Shown here piece after piece: positions 23,497-42,033 of a DNA stretch of 49,308 bases. The DNA comes from Klebsormidium nitens (taxonomy: Eukaryota > Plantae > Klebsormidiophyceae). The DNA lies in the NCBI GenBank assembly GCA_000708835.1, contig DF237370.1:1-49308 (forward strand), read 5' to 3'. The translations under genes and the position numbers were made by a program. Under the pieces are notes generated by a model, which worked only from the letters and a program-made list of their open reading frames with translations, was not told the origin of the DNA and did not search any database. Position 1 is the stretch's first letter; each line of letters opens with the position of its first letter.

Positions 23497-26400
23497 TTAT
23501 TGGGAGGCCTGATCAACCTTCTGGTCTTCTTGCCTCCATTTCACAAGGCGATGAAGAAAGTCGGAGACCTGCAATCACACAAACGTAGTTTCTTGGACGA
23601 TGAAGCAATAACAGTGTGTTTGATGACTTCCCTCCAGAAAATTCACGTCGACTAGAACCCGCTCTATGCCTTTTGCTACTGAAGACCTCAGTCACGCTCG
23701 CCACTCAAGAGATCAATAGTTGCATAGCAAAACAATGACAAGTGACAAACGCCCACTAATAAAGATTGCAGACAATCGAAGCCCTCTAAAGACAAGAGGA
23801 TGGGCCTTTTGTCATGCAGAGTTACATTCTAATCATCTGATAAAAACCGCTGAATCATGTCCCTTTACAGAAGACGAAGCAACGAGGCTTAAGCGAGGAC
23901 AAAACAACCTTCAAAGAACTTTCCCCCATGCGGATACAAGCGAAAGTGCGCTTTTGCATAAGGGAGATGATGTAGCCACGGCCGCTACCAGTATGGCCAA
24001 AAAGCCGTTTCTTGCTTACGACGAAGACACAACAAATGCCAACAACCAAACCGCTTCTGACATCTATGATAACGAGCACCAGTGATTGAGGAACGTTAGT
24101 AAGCCTGGTTGCAACAGCGATCACTTGTTAGCAAACCAGTTCCTAGGTTCTCGTAACCAAGAATCAGCAGCCGAAAGCGTCGAAGCTGAATGCAACATAA
24201 TGCCGAGTCGGCAAAGATGAACGCGCAAAAGCGAGCCGGAAAACGGAGCACAAATCCTATGCCCTTTGGCAACTTGACCCTGAGGGATGTTGTGTCTCGG
24301 ACCCTCAATTACAGGAACCGAGAGCCGGAGGGCGCAAAAGCAGCAAGGAAGACGGGCGCGACTTTTCCTGCCCTTATTCCATCAAGGCCTGGCGTTGCGA
24401 CATTGAACCGAGCAGAACGCCGCCCTTCCGCTGCTCACGGTCCTAGCTGGAAACGAACGAAAGCCCTAGTCCGGTACGAATCATCAACACAAGAAGACCG
24501 AGGGATCCCGTAACAAGTACACGGCAGCCGTGGAGTTCGCAACAGTCGACACGAGGATGCCGCACAAAAGCAGACCGAAAGAAGGCGCGGGAACCATCTG
24601 TCACTTGGCGATACGCTCCAGGGGGTTGGTCGAAGACCCTCGTCATGAAGTAAACTCGCCAGCTACACGGCCTAAGGAGAAGCAGCGGTTCAAAAAAGGG
24701 GACTCACTTCCGAGGGATCCCGTAGCGAGTATGCGGCGGCCGTGGGTTTCGCGACGGTCGATACTAGGATGCCGCACCCGCAGCCCCGCTCCTGGAACAG
24801 GTTGAAAGCGTCCTCGTCCGTCCGATCGTCCCCTATGTAGAGCGGCAAAACGCCCGACGAGTCGTCTAAATCTGCACAGATGCAGAAACGGAAATGAAGG
24901 TGAGCCTTTACCCAGTGTGCCGGGACACGTGTCCGGATTGAAGTGATGTTCTCGGAGTACTGCTACACAATGGAGCTCAGAAAGTGATCTGAGGGCGTCG
25001 GGCAGCTGTCCAGGAGCGATGGCAAGTGCCGCGACCCTGAGTGAGTTTCCATTATTCGACCGTAGGGTCGGAAGCGAACGTTGGCAACTCGAATTTGCAT
25101 CTGGTAACAGTGTCCGCAATCCAACGTTCAACCCTTTGGGACCGCCGCTTTCACTGATTCCGTTTCCACCAATCACCACAACGGTTGCCTCGCTGTCGCT
25201 ATACGGTGCAAAGCAGAAGTGTCAGCTACACCTTCCCTTTCTCCAGAATCCAAAAATAAGCAAAGCAAGCGCCCGTGCCCCACACCCCTCACTGCTTCGT
25301 CAAGGAAAAAGATCTATCAGGTTCGTCAAGGGCCGCCACTTCGAGCATCCAGGAGAAAGTTTGAACCACCAAAAGCTTTTGGAAGGAGCGGGGTGCCTCT
25401 GCCCCATGTGACCTTTGGCTAGCACCTTTTTGAAGTGCGGATCCTGAGACGAAAACACTCCAGAACGTTTCCGAACGGGAGAATTAAGCTTTGAGAAAGC
25501 AACTGACCCACGTAACCAATATGACCCACCTAGAGCTTTCAGCAGGTACGCAAGCGCGGTGCCCTTGTTCCACTCGACCTTCGGCCGCACCTCCAGCACC
25601 TTGCGCCCGTGCGTTGTCCGCAGCTTTGGGTACTCGCTCACGACGGTCCGCACGATCTCGCCCAGCTGCTCCCAGTACTGCACGAAGGGAGAATAGACGT
25701 TTTGCAAGGGCGCTGAATGCAAGTCGGGATACAAAACTCACAAAAAAGTTTCCGGGGTACATGATGACCACTGGTTTAGTGTACACAATTCACAACTCCA
25801 TCCCTCGGTTAGGATCGCAACTTGGAGTGAACGGAGAACTTGAGGTACATTTTCATCACCACGCGATTGTCCTTCTACTGTTAGCCCCTTGCATATAGCA
25901 CGCAGCCGCAATACTTAGTCGTGCACCAAGCAGTCACATGTCTCATCAGGCGGCGGCCGCTCTGCCACTCTACTTAGTCGAACTGTTTTCACATCGAATC
26001 TAATGTGAAAAGTCTACCAAGTTGGAACTCGTCTCCTTTTCCCAGAAAGCATACGAAATTCGTTTGGCCCCCTTTATTTGTCCGTCTGTTGAGACTTGCC
26101 TGAGACATAGCCTGCAATTACCTGCCCCGAGAGGCTTCAAAAGAACCGCGCAGAACCTTCCACAAACGAGAGTCACCTGCTATAATGCTCTCAAGACTTT
26201 TATTGAACGTCTCTGTGGCTACGCAGGCGCGCCCAAACCATGCAATCGTGAGCCCTCGATTGGTCAGTCCCGAAACTCTTGAGCAGCTTTTCAATCAGTG
26301 TACCACTAACTGCAGAATATACCTTCACCCAGTCATCAAGCATTTGAGCCCTCAAATCTGAGAGCCGAGATCGAGCAGAACGCCAAAGCAGAGGCCGAAG

Positions 26401-29400
26401 TGGTCGAGACCAATCACCTGCTCCGCTACCTTCGAAGTGACTAAAAACTCGTCGTGTTCCACGAAATGCCTCCGAAACTGCATAAACCCCAGACGCCCCG
26501 CGGACCGAATTCCCATTGACGGAAAACTCAAGACTCAAAACGTGGGATGGCTCACCTGCTCGGCCACCCTCCAAAATGCACCGTAAGCAAGAACTTGTCT
26601 TGTTCCACGCATGCCCTCACCACCACAACAATTCCAGGACTCACAGAATTCCAAAACTTGACAACTGAGATTAGAATAGAGCCAGAACTTCGAATGCGAG
26701 AAAGGAGTACCTGCTCTGCTACCCTCCGAAAGTGGACCGTGACCGAAAACTTGTTGTGTTCCACAAACGCCCCCGGCACCGGTGCAACCTCCCGCTGCAG
26801 CCGAGCATAGATTTCGTCTAACAGGGGAACGTACTCGGCGGCCGGCTGAAACACCGACAAGTCGTCCTGCGCAAATGGAGTGACGTCAAACAGGGTCAGG
26901 ATGACGTCAGACGGGGATATAAGAGGGAAGTTTAGCACCTCATTGTAACCACTCCCCTTACGTGTGTCGACATTTTCAGAATCAGTGACAAAACCTTGTG
27001 TTTGACGGGAAGACCCTCGACAAGAGGGGGAGAAGACTGGTGTGCTTTTAAAGCACTATTGGAGGTGACGTAAGCCAACCATTCAGAGCTCCGAGGGGGG
27101 GCCGGTGATTTCTGTCAAAGGCGAAGCAGGCATGAGCGGTGCCAGCTTCGTACGGGCTCGGCTTTCGTTTCGGGGAGGGGCACCAAAAGGACTCTCGCAT
27201 ATCACTTTCCCTTTCACTTGATTCGGACTGCATGTCTCTTGAAGATACTTTGCACAGTGAGAGGATGGCCGGACGCTGACGCACAAAAAGGTGGAATCCA
27301 CATGGGGCTTGCAAGGATCTGAAGGCCCCCAACCAATCTCAATTGCTGCAGAAAGCAAAGGTTCCACAGTTTCACATTTCAGCTCTTGTACGCTGTCCAC
27401 TGGATCAGCTTGCGTCGACCCCTCAACTCTCAACGCTCACCTTGGCTTCACCACAGAGGGGATCTTTGAAACAACAAGAACAGGTCGGGATCCAATGGAC
27501 ACCAACAGACGAGCGGGATAAAAATTTCTACAACAAAAGAAACGTAAACCCCACCTTTTCTGCCCCGTCGACCGGGATCGCTTCCGAGCTCCCATTGCCA
27601 GCTGGCGCCCGTGAGGGGCCTGCGATGTCCAGACCGTGGCTGCCGGCGTAGTACAACTCCGAAAGTTTGACAAACGAAAACACCTGCACTTTCCAAGAAA
27701 AGCAGGTCTGAGAAACTTTGACTGAGCAAAGCCATGGGCGGGGATCTCCAGATTAGGGTATCCTCGTGGTCAGAATCGTCGAGCTTGGAGGAGAAGGTTG
27801 TCACTGCCGGTATGGTGATAACGAAGTTACACGGAGGCACGAGGACCTGCGTCTTCACCTAAAGCGGGTTCAGATTACCAGACCGACGACTTAGCCTTGT
27901 CTATTATCTTGCGCTTTCTAGAGAGCTTCTGCCTACTTGCCGGTACTCAAAAAGCCTTCACAAACGAGAAGACCTGCCATAGGAAGAAAAGAGCGTGTTT
28001 CCATACCAAACCGAGATGTTTTCTTGCTTGGGATTCCAGCCTCAAAGAAGGGCTTTTAGCTGTCGGCATGGATGACTCCGGGAATCTAACAAAGCAAAGA
28101 ACCTGCAATCTTGGACAGCGATGGATAACGGTTACCTATCTCTTCCTTGCCCCCAACTGCAGACCGGTTAACAATATAAAGTCGACACCAGAAATACAAA
28201 GTCTATCCAAGCTTCCGCTTTTGACTATGGCGTTTTGAGCTTGCAAGCCCCCCTGCCTTGTCAGCAGTCGCCAGCATCCTTTCCAGCATCCTGGGCCGGG
28301 GCGTCTATGTCCAATTACTTCTGATGATGTAATTTTGACACGAGGAGTGCGAATGGGGCAGTGTTATGATGGACGTACGAGCAGCAAGAATCCGTGAGAC
28401 CCGCATTTCTCAAAGTCGGGAGGCCGGTTTAGCCTTTCAGTAGAGACATGATCCTCGAGACGCACCTTCTCCCGCCCCCGTCCACTGATGATTGCTGTCG
28501 GGAACAACGTCGCCACCTCCTTCACAACCGCTCGCATCTGCAAGGGATGCCAAAACGACAAGTCGATCAGCATACGTCCAGGATTCTGACAGACTATGCT
28601 ATTCACTTGCATGTTGTTACAGCGTCTGGAAGTTGCGTCTCGCTGGATGTGATCAAGATGACCGTCTCTGCCAGGGCTCGCGCTTTGTGGCTGACTGTGG
28701 CTAAAGGGGTGAGAGAACAGACTCTATTACCAGCCACGCTTTGTGACTAATCGGAAGGAAACGGTTTTGCGAGGTCGTGCAAGTCCTGTTAGGCGAGCCA
28801 GTCTTTGACGAAGGGGTGACAGTTAATGTGGAATAAAATTCTTCTTTGTTCTCCAGTGAGGTAGAAATGATGTTGGGACTTCAGATACATACCGCTTGCA
28901 TATTGTCTGTCTGGAGTCCAGAACCAAGACTTCGGTCCAACGAGACCCCTATGCTCGCGTCAGAGCCGGCAGAAAAGCTGGCAGAAGGCAGAAAAGCTGC
29001 TCCATCGTTTCAAGGCTTTGTGCCCAATATGTCGGCTGAACAGAACCTGGAGAATCTCTAGGCTGCCTAACCGGGCTTCGTACAACTCCGACTATAGCAA
29101 GCCGGATAAAAATACAAAGAATGGACGACGCGTATACCTGGCGGAAGCATACTCTGACACGATAGAATTCACTAAGGGGAGTCGGGCATGCAAACGCAGA
29201 TTCTTCGACCTCAAAACAAGTGACTTAGGATTATGCGGGCCTCCGACTAGAATGCGCCAAACGTCGATACAAGGTGAGAGATCCCATTCAAAACAGTCCA
29301 AGACGGCTACACAAGCGGAACCTCCTCGAGATTAAGAAGGCAGCACCTCATTTTCGTAACAGGTCTGTGGCAGCGAGGGAACTAGAAAAGCTCTCAGTGA

Positions 29401-31182
29401 ATCTTGCTATCCACACTGCCCGGAGGCTCAGAATAGCGTATAGTTGATCATCATTGAGCGCTCCCATACCTCTCAGAACAAAACCAGGATATCAACGAAA
29501 ACCTCTCTGCTTAAAAGGGAGTCCGGATTCAGCAATTCAACTCTTGGCGGCTTTTGCAGAAGAAACCTTTGTGCTTTCGCACTTTGGCTTGACCTTTCTG
29601 TCACAATGAAACTGACAATGAACAACCACTCACTTCAGCCAGAACGACTACCTGGGTTTCACAGCTCTGCAAACATGAAGCTCCACAAGGGCCGTCGAAC
29701 ACCTAACAGGCTAAGCGAAGGGCAAGAAAGCAGAAACCAGCCGCCATTTCCGGCTGTTTGGAGTCCAAGCCCAGATTAATACAAAGATTGCATTCAATCA
29801 GAACAGTCCCGCTTCCCAGCCTGAGTTTGGAAGGTCAAAAACGTCCAGCTTCTGGTTGGTAGAGGCTTCTTCTGCAACTTCAGCTCAAACAAGCAAAATT
29901 GGGGGGGTGGGGGGGAGCTGCAATCATACTCGCAGTCTGTGTCCTCACCCATAAACTCTGGTGCATTACGCAACTGATTATGATCAAACCCTGGAAACGC
30001 AAACCTGTGGCTGATTCTCAAACTTTAGTTGGCAGAAAAGCCCTCGCCATGAGCTTTGTCTTCAGCAGCGGGCAATATGAAGAAGGAACAACAGTCAGAG
30101 GATGGGGGGAAAAAACCAAAGGCCCCATACTCCGCTAATTGGTACCATGTCTTACTTGGTCTGACATGAACGCGCGTTCCGGGTCCTCCACTATCGGCGA
30201 CAGCGTGCCGTCGTAGTCCAAAAAGACGGCCACCCGCTTGTCCCGCGCGCTGGAAGTAATGCTGTCAAAGAACTCCAGAGCAGACGGGTGCAGCTTCTGC
30301 AGGCACAAAAGTGAAAGTGCTTATAGGTCTGCAATCCAGATAGATTTCTACTTTCCTCGTGTATCCTTCTGACAAGAATTTCCAGATACGAGGAGTCCAG
30401 ATCCTGATGGCAGGAACGCGGCACTGGTTCCAGCGATGTATCCAGTCTAGTTACTTCTGTCTTCGCTTGCCTCGTCTCTTGTTTTATGTAAGAGTGGGTT
30501 GTGTCGGTATTCTGCAGCAAGAGGGGTTGCCCCCTCTCAGGCCGTAAAGAAGTGAATCACGAATGCGTAATATTCCTTTGTTTAGAGGGATTTTTTTTTG
30601 TACTTGTAAGGCCACAGACACAAGTGAACGAGATGGCTTTCCATCTGAGCATCAGACTGAGCAGCTACAAAGAATGGTGCCAGCATGTTCCCCCCTCTTC
30701 AGACATTCAGTGGATTAAGCAGACCACCAGACATGAGCACCACTCCGTGAAAAGCATACGTCCACGTTTAGCGGAAGTGACGCCAATCTCAAATAGATGA
30801 ACAACACAATGTCACCGAACAGTTTGACGCAAGAGGCATGCCCCTCCAGATTTTGCACATTCAAGCCCTGGACCAATAGACGTCTTCTAGAGCACACCAC
30901 TAAGTACAGTCACCACTTCTGACAACTCGTCAGCCTCCGAAATGCCTCCGCTCAGGACAAAAGCTGAGCGGATAGGCTATGCAGCTGCCCATAGCAGATA
31001 CGCACCTTCCAGGCCTTGTACTGCACAGCGACCGCATCCTCCCCGTAGAGGTCCAGACCGCCATCCTCCTCTCCCTGCCTAGGGGGGGAGGCCGCTCTCA
31101 TGAGATCCAGGATTTCTGCCCCCCCAACTGCTTGTCTCGGCCCTTCTATCACTACTGGCTGGGGGCCGGTCCTCCAGGCCAT
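23497..31182 (-). CDS. TPP: Trehalose-6-phosphate phosphatase (plant class III TPP, HAD superfamily), 352 aa, 8 exons
   Basis: Exons 31182-31006, 30296-30156, 28537-28466, 27683-27555, 26866-26711, 25677-25530, 24871-24708, 23568-23497(TAA). Motifs [97 protein letters not shown]. Confidence 0.95.
24499..24777 (-). repeat. Decayed copy of the TPP exon7 3' end in the last intron
   Basis: 24499-24565 vs 24711-24777: offset 212 nt, no indels, 56/67 identical. Confidence 0.9.
26416..26774 (-). repeat. Two decayed copies of the TPP exon5 3' end plus donor
   Basis: Real 26709-26774; copies 26554-26618 (reads [12 protein letters not shown]) and 26416-26473; both keep a GT donor-like site (gtgagc, gtgatt). 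Confidence 0.85.
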
Positions 31183-32611
31183 ATACCAAACCCCGCGGTT
31201 GCTTTTATAACCAAGCTGGGCTTATGCACTCCAATGCAGCTTATGCAAGTGGCTTACGCACACCTAGTCTGGTGCGTGGAGTCCAAAACCGCCTTTCAGA
31301 TTTGGGCCAAAGGCATGTTTTGCTCTAGCATTACTGTTAGGGTTCAGACCAATCAGTGGTGAGAGTGAGCAACCCTATGAGGGCAGCTTGGGCTTGGACG
31401 TTTTGCCGCCTGTCTTCAGCTGTACTGGACATAAGAACTCCGGGGCTCTGTATTTTGCAAATGCAGGTGTGGCCAGGGGTTAATAGTTCCACAAGCCGGC
31501 CTCTAGAAGAAGCTGGTGGAATCTGTCCTGGAAGTTCTGAAAAGATGCGGCGTTTGGTGCACACTTTCCTCTACATGGGACCCCTCCAAACTTCGAAACA
31601 ACGACGATCCTTTGAATCTCTTGACGGTCCTCACCACCTTAACTCCTACCCCTATCTCTGCAAACAACGTTGCCAACCTGCAGACTGCAGGCTTCCAAAA
31701 CCCCTAAACCTGCTCACTTGACGCCAAAAATGCTATGCCGGCAACGTCTAATGTAGAAAAACTGAAGAGTATGCTGGCATAGGATTGATATTATCCAGCA
31801 GGGTATAAGCAAGTAGAGTTCATCTTCCTTCAACAAGCAGAGCAGTCTTCGTTGGGGTCTCTCAAGATGAGTCGGATTGCCGCTGCTAGACAATGCACTG
31901 GGATGCCACGTTCTTGCGCAACAGAATGTGGCAAAGACACAATCACCGTTACTTTCCCGCAGGCCACTTTGCTCCGCAAAACCTGTAGCTTCCTAGCCTG
32001 GATTTGACTAGCCCTTCAAAACCTGATGGCAGCTGAATCACCAGCACTGGGGCAGCTCGAGGAACCAGGAGAGAGAAATTCAAAAGGCGTCCAGGCTTCA
32101 CTTGGAAGTTGGAATGAACACTGACAGAGCTTGCAAATGGAGGTCTACGTGACTTTGGAGTTCGAGTCTGACTGAGCTCATCGAAAGGACTCCCTGGAAT
32201 CTTAGCTAAAAGTTCAGAAGTTCAGAAGCTTTCCTAAGGGGGCGGTGTCTGTCGAAGCAGCACATTCGCCGAGAGTCGTTTAAGTCCTTCTGTGGAGCAA
32301 CTTGGAGCAACTTACAAATCGCGCGATCCAATCAAAACCGTCGAGGCGTCCAGGTCTTCAAACTGGCGGCGACCATCATCAGAGTTCTGCTCAGCCTGAG
32401 CAAGTCTGCTGCTCAACCCGTTGCTATCAGATTCATAGTAGGTATCAAGAGCAAACCTCCTCCTGATCCGAGTCCAGCAGTTAAAGAGCGACAGCTAGTG
32501 AAAGGAGGCTGCTGGGTTGGCCATTCAGAGCATCTTAATGTGTCCAATTGGGTGCAGCTCTGTGCAAGCAAGTTGCAAAGATACATCGTTGACGGTCTCT
32601 CACTTGCGTAG

Positions 32612-37332
<4,721 letters not shown>

Positions 37333-37964
37333 TCTGCCTGCCTTTGGAACGCGGAAACTTCAAGCCCCGAAACGTGATGTTAACCTGATTGGTTTTCTCT
37401 AGCCGCCATTCAAGACAAGCCATTTGAGTTCGGCCCCGCCGATTGTCCATGCAGCAAATTAAGAAGTGCAAGCCGGCCAATGACGCAGTTTTGGACCTCT
37501 CTTAGCTCGCAACCCTAGTCTGTCACTTAGACTCTCAGAAGTACATGCCATGAGGACGCGCCTAGCTGTGCATATGGAAAACGGTATGGCATCATCTTAG
37601 TAGCCTCTATATGTGTGCTTTCAACCGAACCCTGTACTCAGCTCAAATGCCGGCGGCCGTAGGGTGGACGCAGTAGCCGTGACGAAGCATCCTGGCCGCC
37701 GATTGCTTCTTGTTGCAATCGGACGGTTCCAGGCTCTAGTCAACGCGCCTACTTCATCATGGTGCAGCACCGTGACTGCTCAGCACATATCAGGCTCGCT
37801 CTACACGTTCCATTCTTCTGAATTAGTTATGTGCTTGTCCACAAGCCGCTTCGATCGAAGAAACCATCTTTTGAAACATCCTTCTTCACAGTATTTGTCA
37901 GGAACCTGTTGTGTCGAGTCCCTCTGAGAATTATTGGCTTCCGGTTTGTCGTAGAGTTCCCAGA

Positions 37965-40900
37965 ATGGGCGACTTTGAGGCGAAGGGTGATGAATTCGCC
38001 AAGAAAGCGGACAAAAAGCTGAAGAGCTTCTCGTTGTTCGGGAGTAGCAGCAAGTACGAGGACGGGGCTGAGTTGCTGGACAAGGCCGCCAACCAGTATA
38101 AGCTTGGAAAAGCATGTAAGTTTTAATCCGACCACATATCGGCATCCTTGGCATTCAAACCCCTGGCATCATTGGTGACTTGAAGACGTACTGTCCTCAC
38201 ATCAGATGCTCTTTGGATGGAACTTTTGACTGAAGTTTGAAGTAGGCTCGTTCTAGCTCTCATTGCTTTGAGATCTCCGGAGTATTCCTCTTGAAAGTGC
38301 TCCGTCTCCTCATTGCGGCAGATCAAAGGCACAAGTTCTGCTTCTTTTATACCACGTCTCTGATTTGAAACGCTCTTTCAATACAGGGGAGAAGGCGGGA
38401 GAAACATATGTGCACCTTTCAGAAGTACACAAAAAGGTATGCGGTTAGTCTACAGGCATTTGATACCGTCATGATAGCACTTTGGCCATGAGCATTCTAA
38501 AGGAAACATAAACTCTCTCTCTGATACTTGCGACTTTGATCTTTGAAACTGTCTAGCTTGAGTAGCAGCTATGCTTGGCTTTCTTTCAGCTCAGTGGAAC
38601 AGTCGATGTGCAAATTTTGTAGGTCTAGTGTCGGAAGAACAGGTTCCTTGACCAGCAAAGCTGCTTTCATTGATCGATCAACTGGTCCCAGTGCCAAAGC
38701 TCCATGATCACAGCAGTCGAAAATCATCAACAATGAAGTTGCTTGTATCCTGATGCGCCATCTGGTTGCTTTTCCAATCAAGCTCACACAAGCGTTGGCA
38801 CCGCTCTGCAGTTGGAAAGTGAGCATGAGGCGGCCTCGGCTCTTGTTGATGCTGCAAATGCATACCGGAAAGTCAATAGTGCAAGTAAGTCGAGGGGACC
38901 TACTGCTGCATTAGGGTTTCGTATCAGTAACCTCATTTCGCAATCAAAACTGGTGCATATTCAGCATGATGTGAAAGTTTTGAGAGTCTTTAGAGCACTG
39001 ATTGTATTTCATTTGAGTAGGCCAAGATCGTGTAGCGCCCCAATGCCATCTGCTTAAGCGAGGGAAGAGCTCCATTCCTGCTAAAAGCATCCGATCATTC
39101 TGAGTGTTGGTGAGCTTCCTCGGCCAACTTACATTAAGAAGACATCATCGGTGCAGCCAGCTAGTATAATATGCACTTTTGAAGCTTCTATGTTGGTGAA
39201 GTCCCCGCGTCTCAGGTCTGTTTTCAAGCTTAAAGCACGTGAAAAGGCCTTATCAGCTATTCACTTTCCTGTTGCTGTTGGATAGGTGGAAGCTGGTTTA
39301 AGTTTGATGGAACACCGGGGCTGGTTGTCTGCTCCCCCAGGAGTTGATGAAACCATTTCACATAGAGCTACAATGTTGGAGGAGCCCAGGTCACTCAAGT
39401 CAAGCTTTCAAGCTTTTGTTTACAATGACACAATGACCGGCTTGCTTGATTCGTCAAGGTCTGGTGACCACTGAAGCACAGCAGACATCGGTCTTAGCTG
39501 GAAACGTGCCGTTGAAGAGCATCTGAGCAGCGACCGGGAAGACTCTGACGTCAGCAACCGGGGAGACTCTGACATCAGCGCTGCCTGTGCAGAGGCGCTG
39601 GAGTGCATGCAGAACGCGGTCGGCATCTTCACCAACATCGGGCGGCTGAGCATGGCGGCCAAGCATCTCAAGGACATAGCGGAGATCTACGAGAAGGAGG
39701 ACAATGCAGAGGACGCGCTCACCTTCTACCAGCAGGCGGCCGACCTATATGCAGGAGAGGAGGTGAACAGGTATGCGCTTCCTGCTGGCTCGCTCGCATA
39801 CTGACACGTTTTTTTTGACTTTTCCGCCTGTGATTAGCCTGGCTGGCAAGTTGATTGATCAGTGGGGTTTAGTCCTAGCCTACGTACTAGATTGTGTTAT
39901 GTGTTACTTATTCACTGGTCGCCAAGTATTGTCACTTTGGTTAGCTCACATGGATTTGCCTGAGGAGTGTAGCCGGTTTACTGTTTGTACCCTTGCACGG
40001 GAGGGGCGCTTTTGTCACCTTCGGGAGTACATGTATGCTCGCACTTTTTGTAATTCTGGGGCGAGTTTCCTCCGAGCTAAACGCGGCGACTCGCTTTCAA
40101 ACTGAACGCGTCCTGCAAGTGAGGTAATGAAATGTTGGCATGCCTCCGACCTTTTCGCAATCCCCAATCCCCGCAGCACCAGCAACCAGTGCAAGCTGAA
40201 GGTGGCCCAGTTTGCGGCGCAGCTGGAGCAGTACCCCAAGGCGGTTGAGATCTACGAGGAGATTGCCAAGAGTTCGCTAGACAACAACCTTTTGCGGTAC
40301 AGGTAAGTCTTGCATGTCATTTTGGATCGGTTGCCAGCCGTGATCGCAAGCACAAAAGTAGCTGTTACTTTGTTGGTCGCATGGGCTTGTTCAAGTGGTT
40401 CAATGGGGCGTGACGGAAGTTGGTGCGAACTTGCGAGCAAATCGAGTTTATCGATCGCTGGCCCTTTTTGGATGATATCGGCAAGTCTCAAGCTACCAAT
40501 ACGGACACGTTTGATACAGCCTTCGGAATCCACGCTGTGAGGGCCCAATTTAAGCAAATGACTACAGCTCCTCGAGGTGCCGCACGATCGAGATGCACAT
40601 GGTGTGGCTGCATAACTCAGGAGAAATTGCGATCGAGGTTTCGATGACCGTCGAAGTGTTTCAACCAGTGCGCCGTCCATAGCTACCTAATTCGCCTGGG
40701 GCTGTGCCACGAGTGTCACCACGTCTTCCTTGGACAATTGCTCTATAGTTCGACTTTCATCCAGGATATCCTAAGTCGAATGTTCGCGCTGTGTTTTTCA
40801 AGTCAACAACTTTGGTGTATTTCGGACTTCGAACCTCTGTTCAGATGTTCGGACCCTTTTTGTTGCTGTACAGGCGAAGGGCTTAGTGCTGAGTCGGGGG

Positions 40901-42033
40901 CAGTACCACCGTTCCAGCCGCCCTGTCAGCCACTCTAGACTGACTATTGAGTTATTTTTTTGGGATCTGATCGATCTCAGCGAGTTGAAAGCCCTTCTCA
41001 GAATCCGGCCCCTCTTCTGGCGTGCAGCGTGAAGGGCTACCTGCTGAACGCGGGTCTATGCCACCTGGCGGCCGGCGACGTGGTCAACATCCGCAACGCA
41101 ATCGACAAGTACCAGGAGCTCGACCTCAGCTTCTCGGGGACGCGCGAGTGCAAGTTCATTCAGGTAGAGCGCCTCTTCTGGTTTCTATTTTCAAGTCAGT
41201 GATGCATTGATATTTGAAGGATCTTCCACGTAGATGTTACTTCCTTAGTCCTGTTCTTCTTCCTTGTTCCCATTCCTCTTGTTTGTCTATTGTCTTACGC
41301 TCTCTCCTCTCCATTTCCGCTGAAGTATCGTTGCTTTGATTTGGTGGAGTGTCTTCGTTCCGTTTGCCCCTCTTGCCTCGTTTTCTTCTTTTCCTGCTTC
41401 GTTGCCGTCTCCTTCGTCATCTAAGCTTTTCGTCTCGCTGGAGACAAATGCAGGCCTTTTGATAAAGCGCCTCTACGCTTCCTCCCCTTGTTCCTGCCAG
41501 ATTCTCTGTGCTCTCACTCTCTCTCGTTCTTCTTCGCAATACTTTTTGCCTTACGTTTCTCCATTCCGGTATTCAGTAGTGCACGGTATGCGAGAGTCCC
41601 TCCGCTTTAAACGGACACAGATTCCTTGTCGAACCCGCAATGAAAACTTTAGATTCTGGCGTGTTAGCGAAGTCTGTAACACTCTCAATGCACAGTCCCG
41701 GTCAGGGCGAGCCGGGATGCAATACGGCACAAGTACTGCAGAGGAGCTACTCGGAGGTTGTAAAGGGCCAGACTCCTGCACCCAAATCAGTTTGTTTTCT
41801 GTGTTACGCCCAAGTTTGCAACCTGGCGAACACGGACAGGTGTGATTGAAACTGGCATTGCCACCTTGCAGGACTTGGCGGACGCGATCGAGGAGGGCGA
41901 GGTGCAGAAGTTCACCGAGGTTGTGTACCAGTTTGACAGCATGACGCGGCTCGACCCTTGGAAAACGACGCTTTTGTTGCGGACCAAGCAGAACATCACA
42001 GCTAAAGAACAGGAAGAGGACGACTTGACATAA
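37965..42033 (+). CDS. ASNAP: Alpha-soluble NSF attachment protein (alpha-SNAP), 291 aa, 7 exons
   Basis: Exons 37965-38115, 38387-38436, 38812-38884, 39593-39770, 40177-40302, 41028-41163, 41872-42033(TAA). [34 protein letters not shown]; [18 protein letters not shown]; FSGTRECKF; [17 protein letters not shown]; acidic C-terminus EEDDLT. Confidence 0.96.
39528..39580. repeat. 24-bp tandem repeat duplicating a CTGAC branch-point-like motif before alpha-SNAP exon 4
   Basis: cagcgaccgggaagactctgacgt / cagcaaccggggagactctgacat; acceptor at 39592. Confidence 0.8.

Noticed and set aside
23720-24085. 121-aa plus-strand ORF
   Set aside because: Antisense within the last TPP intron, starts at TTG, no motifs or splice support.
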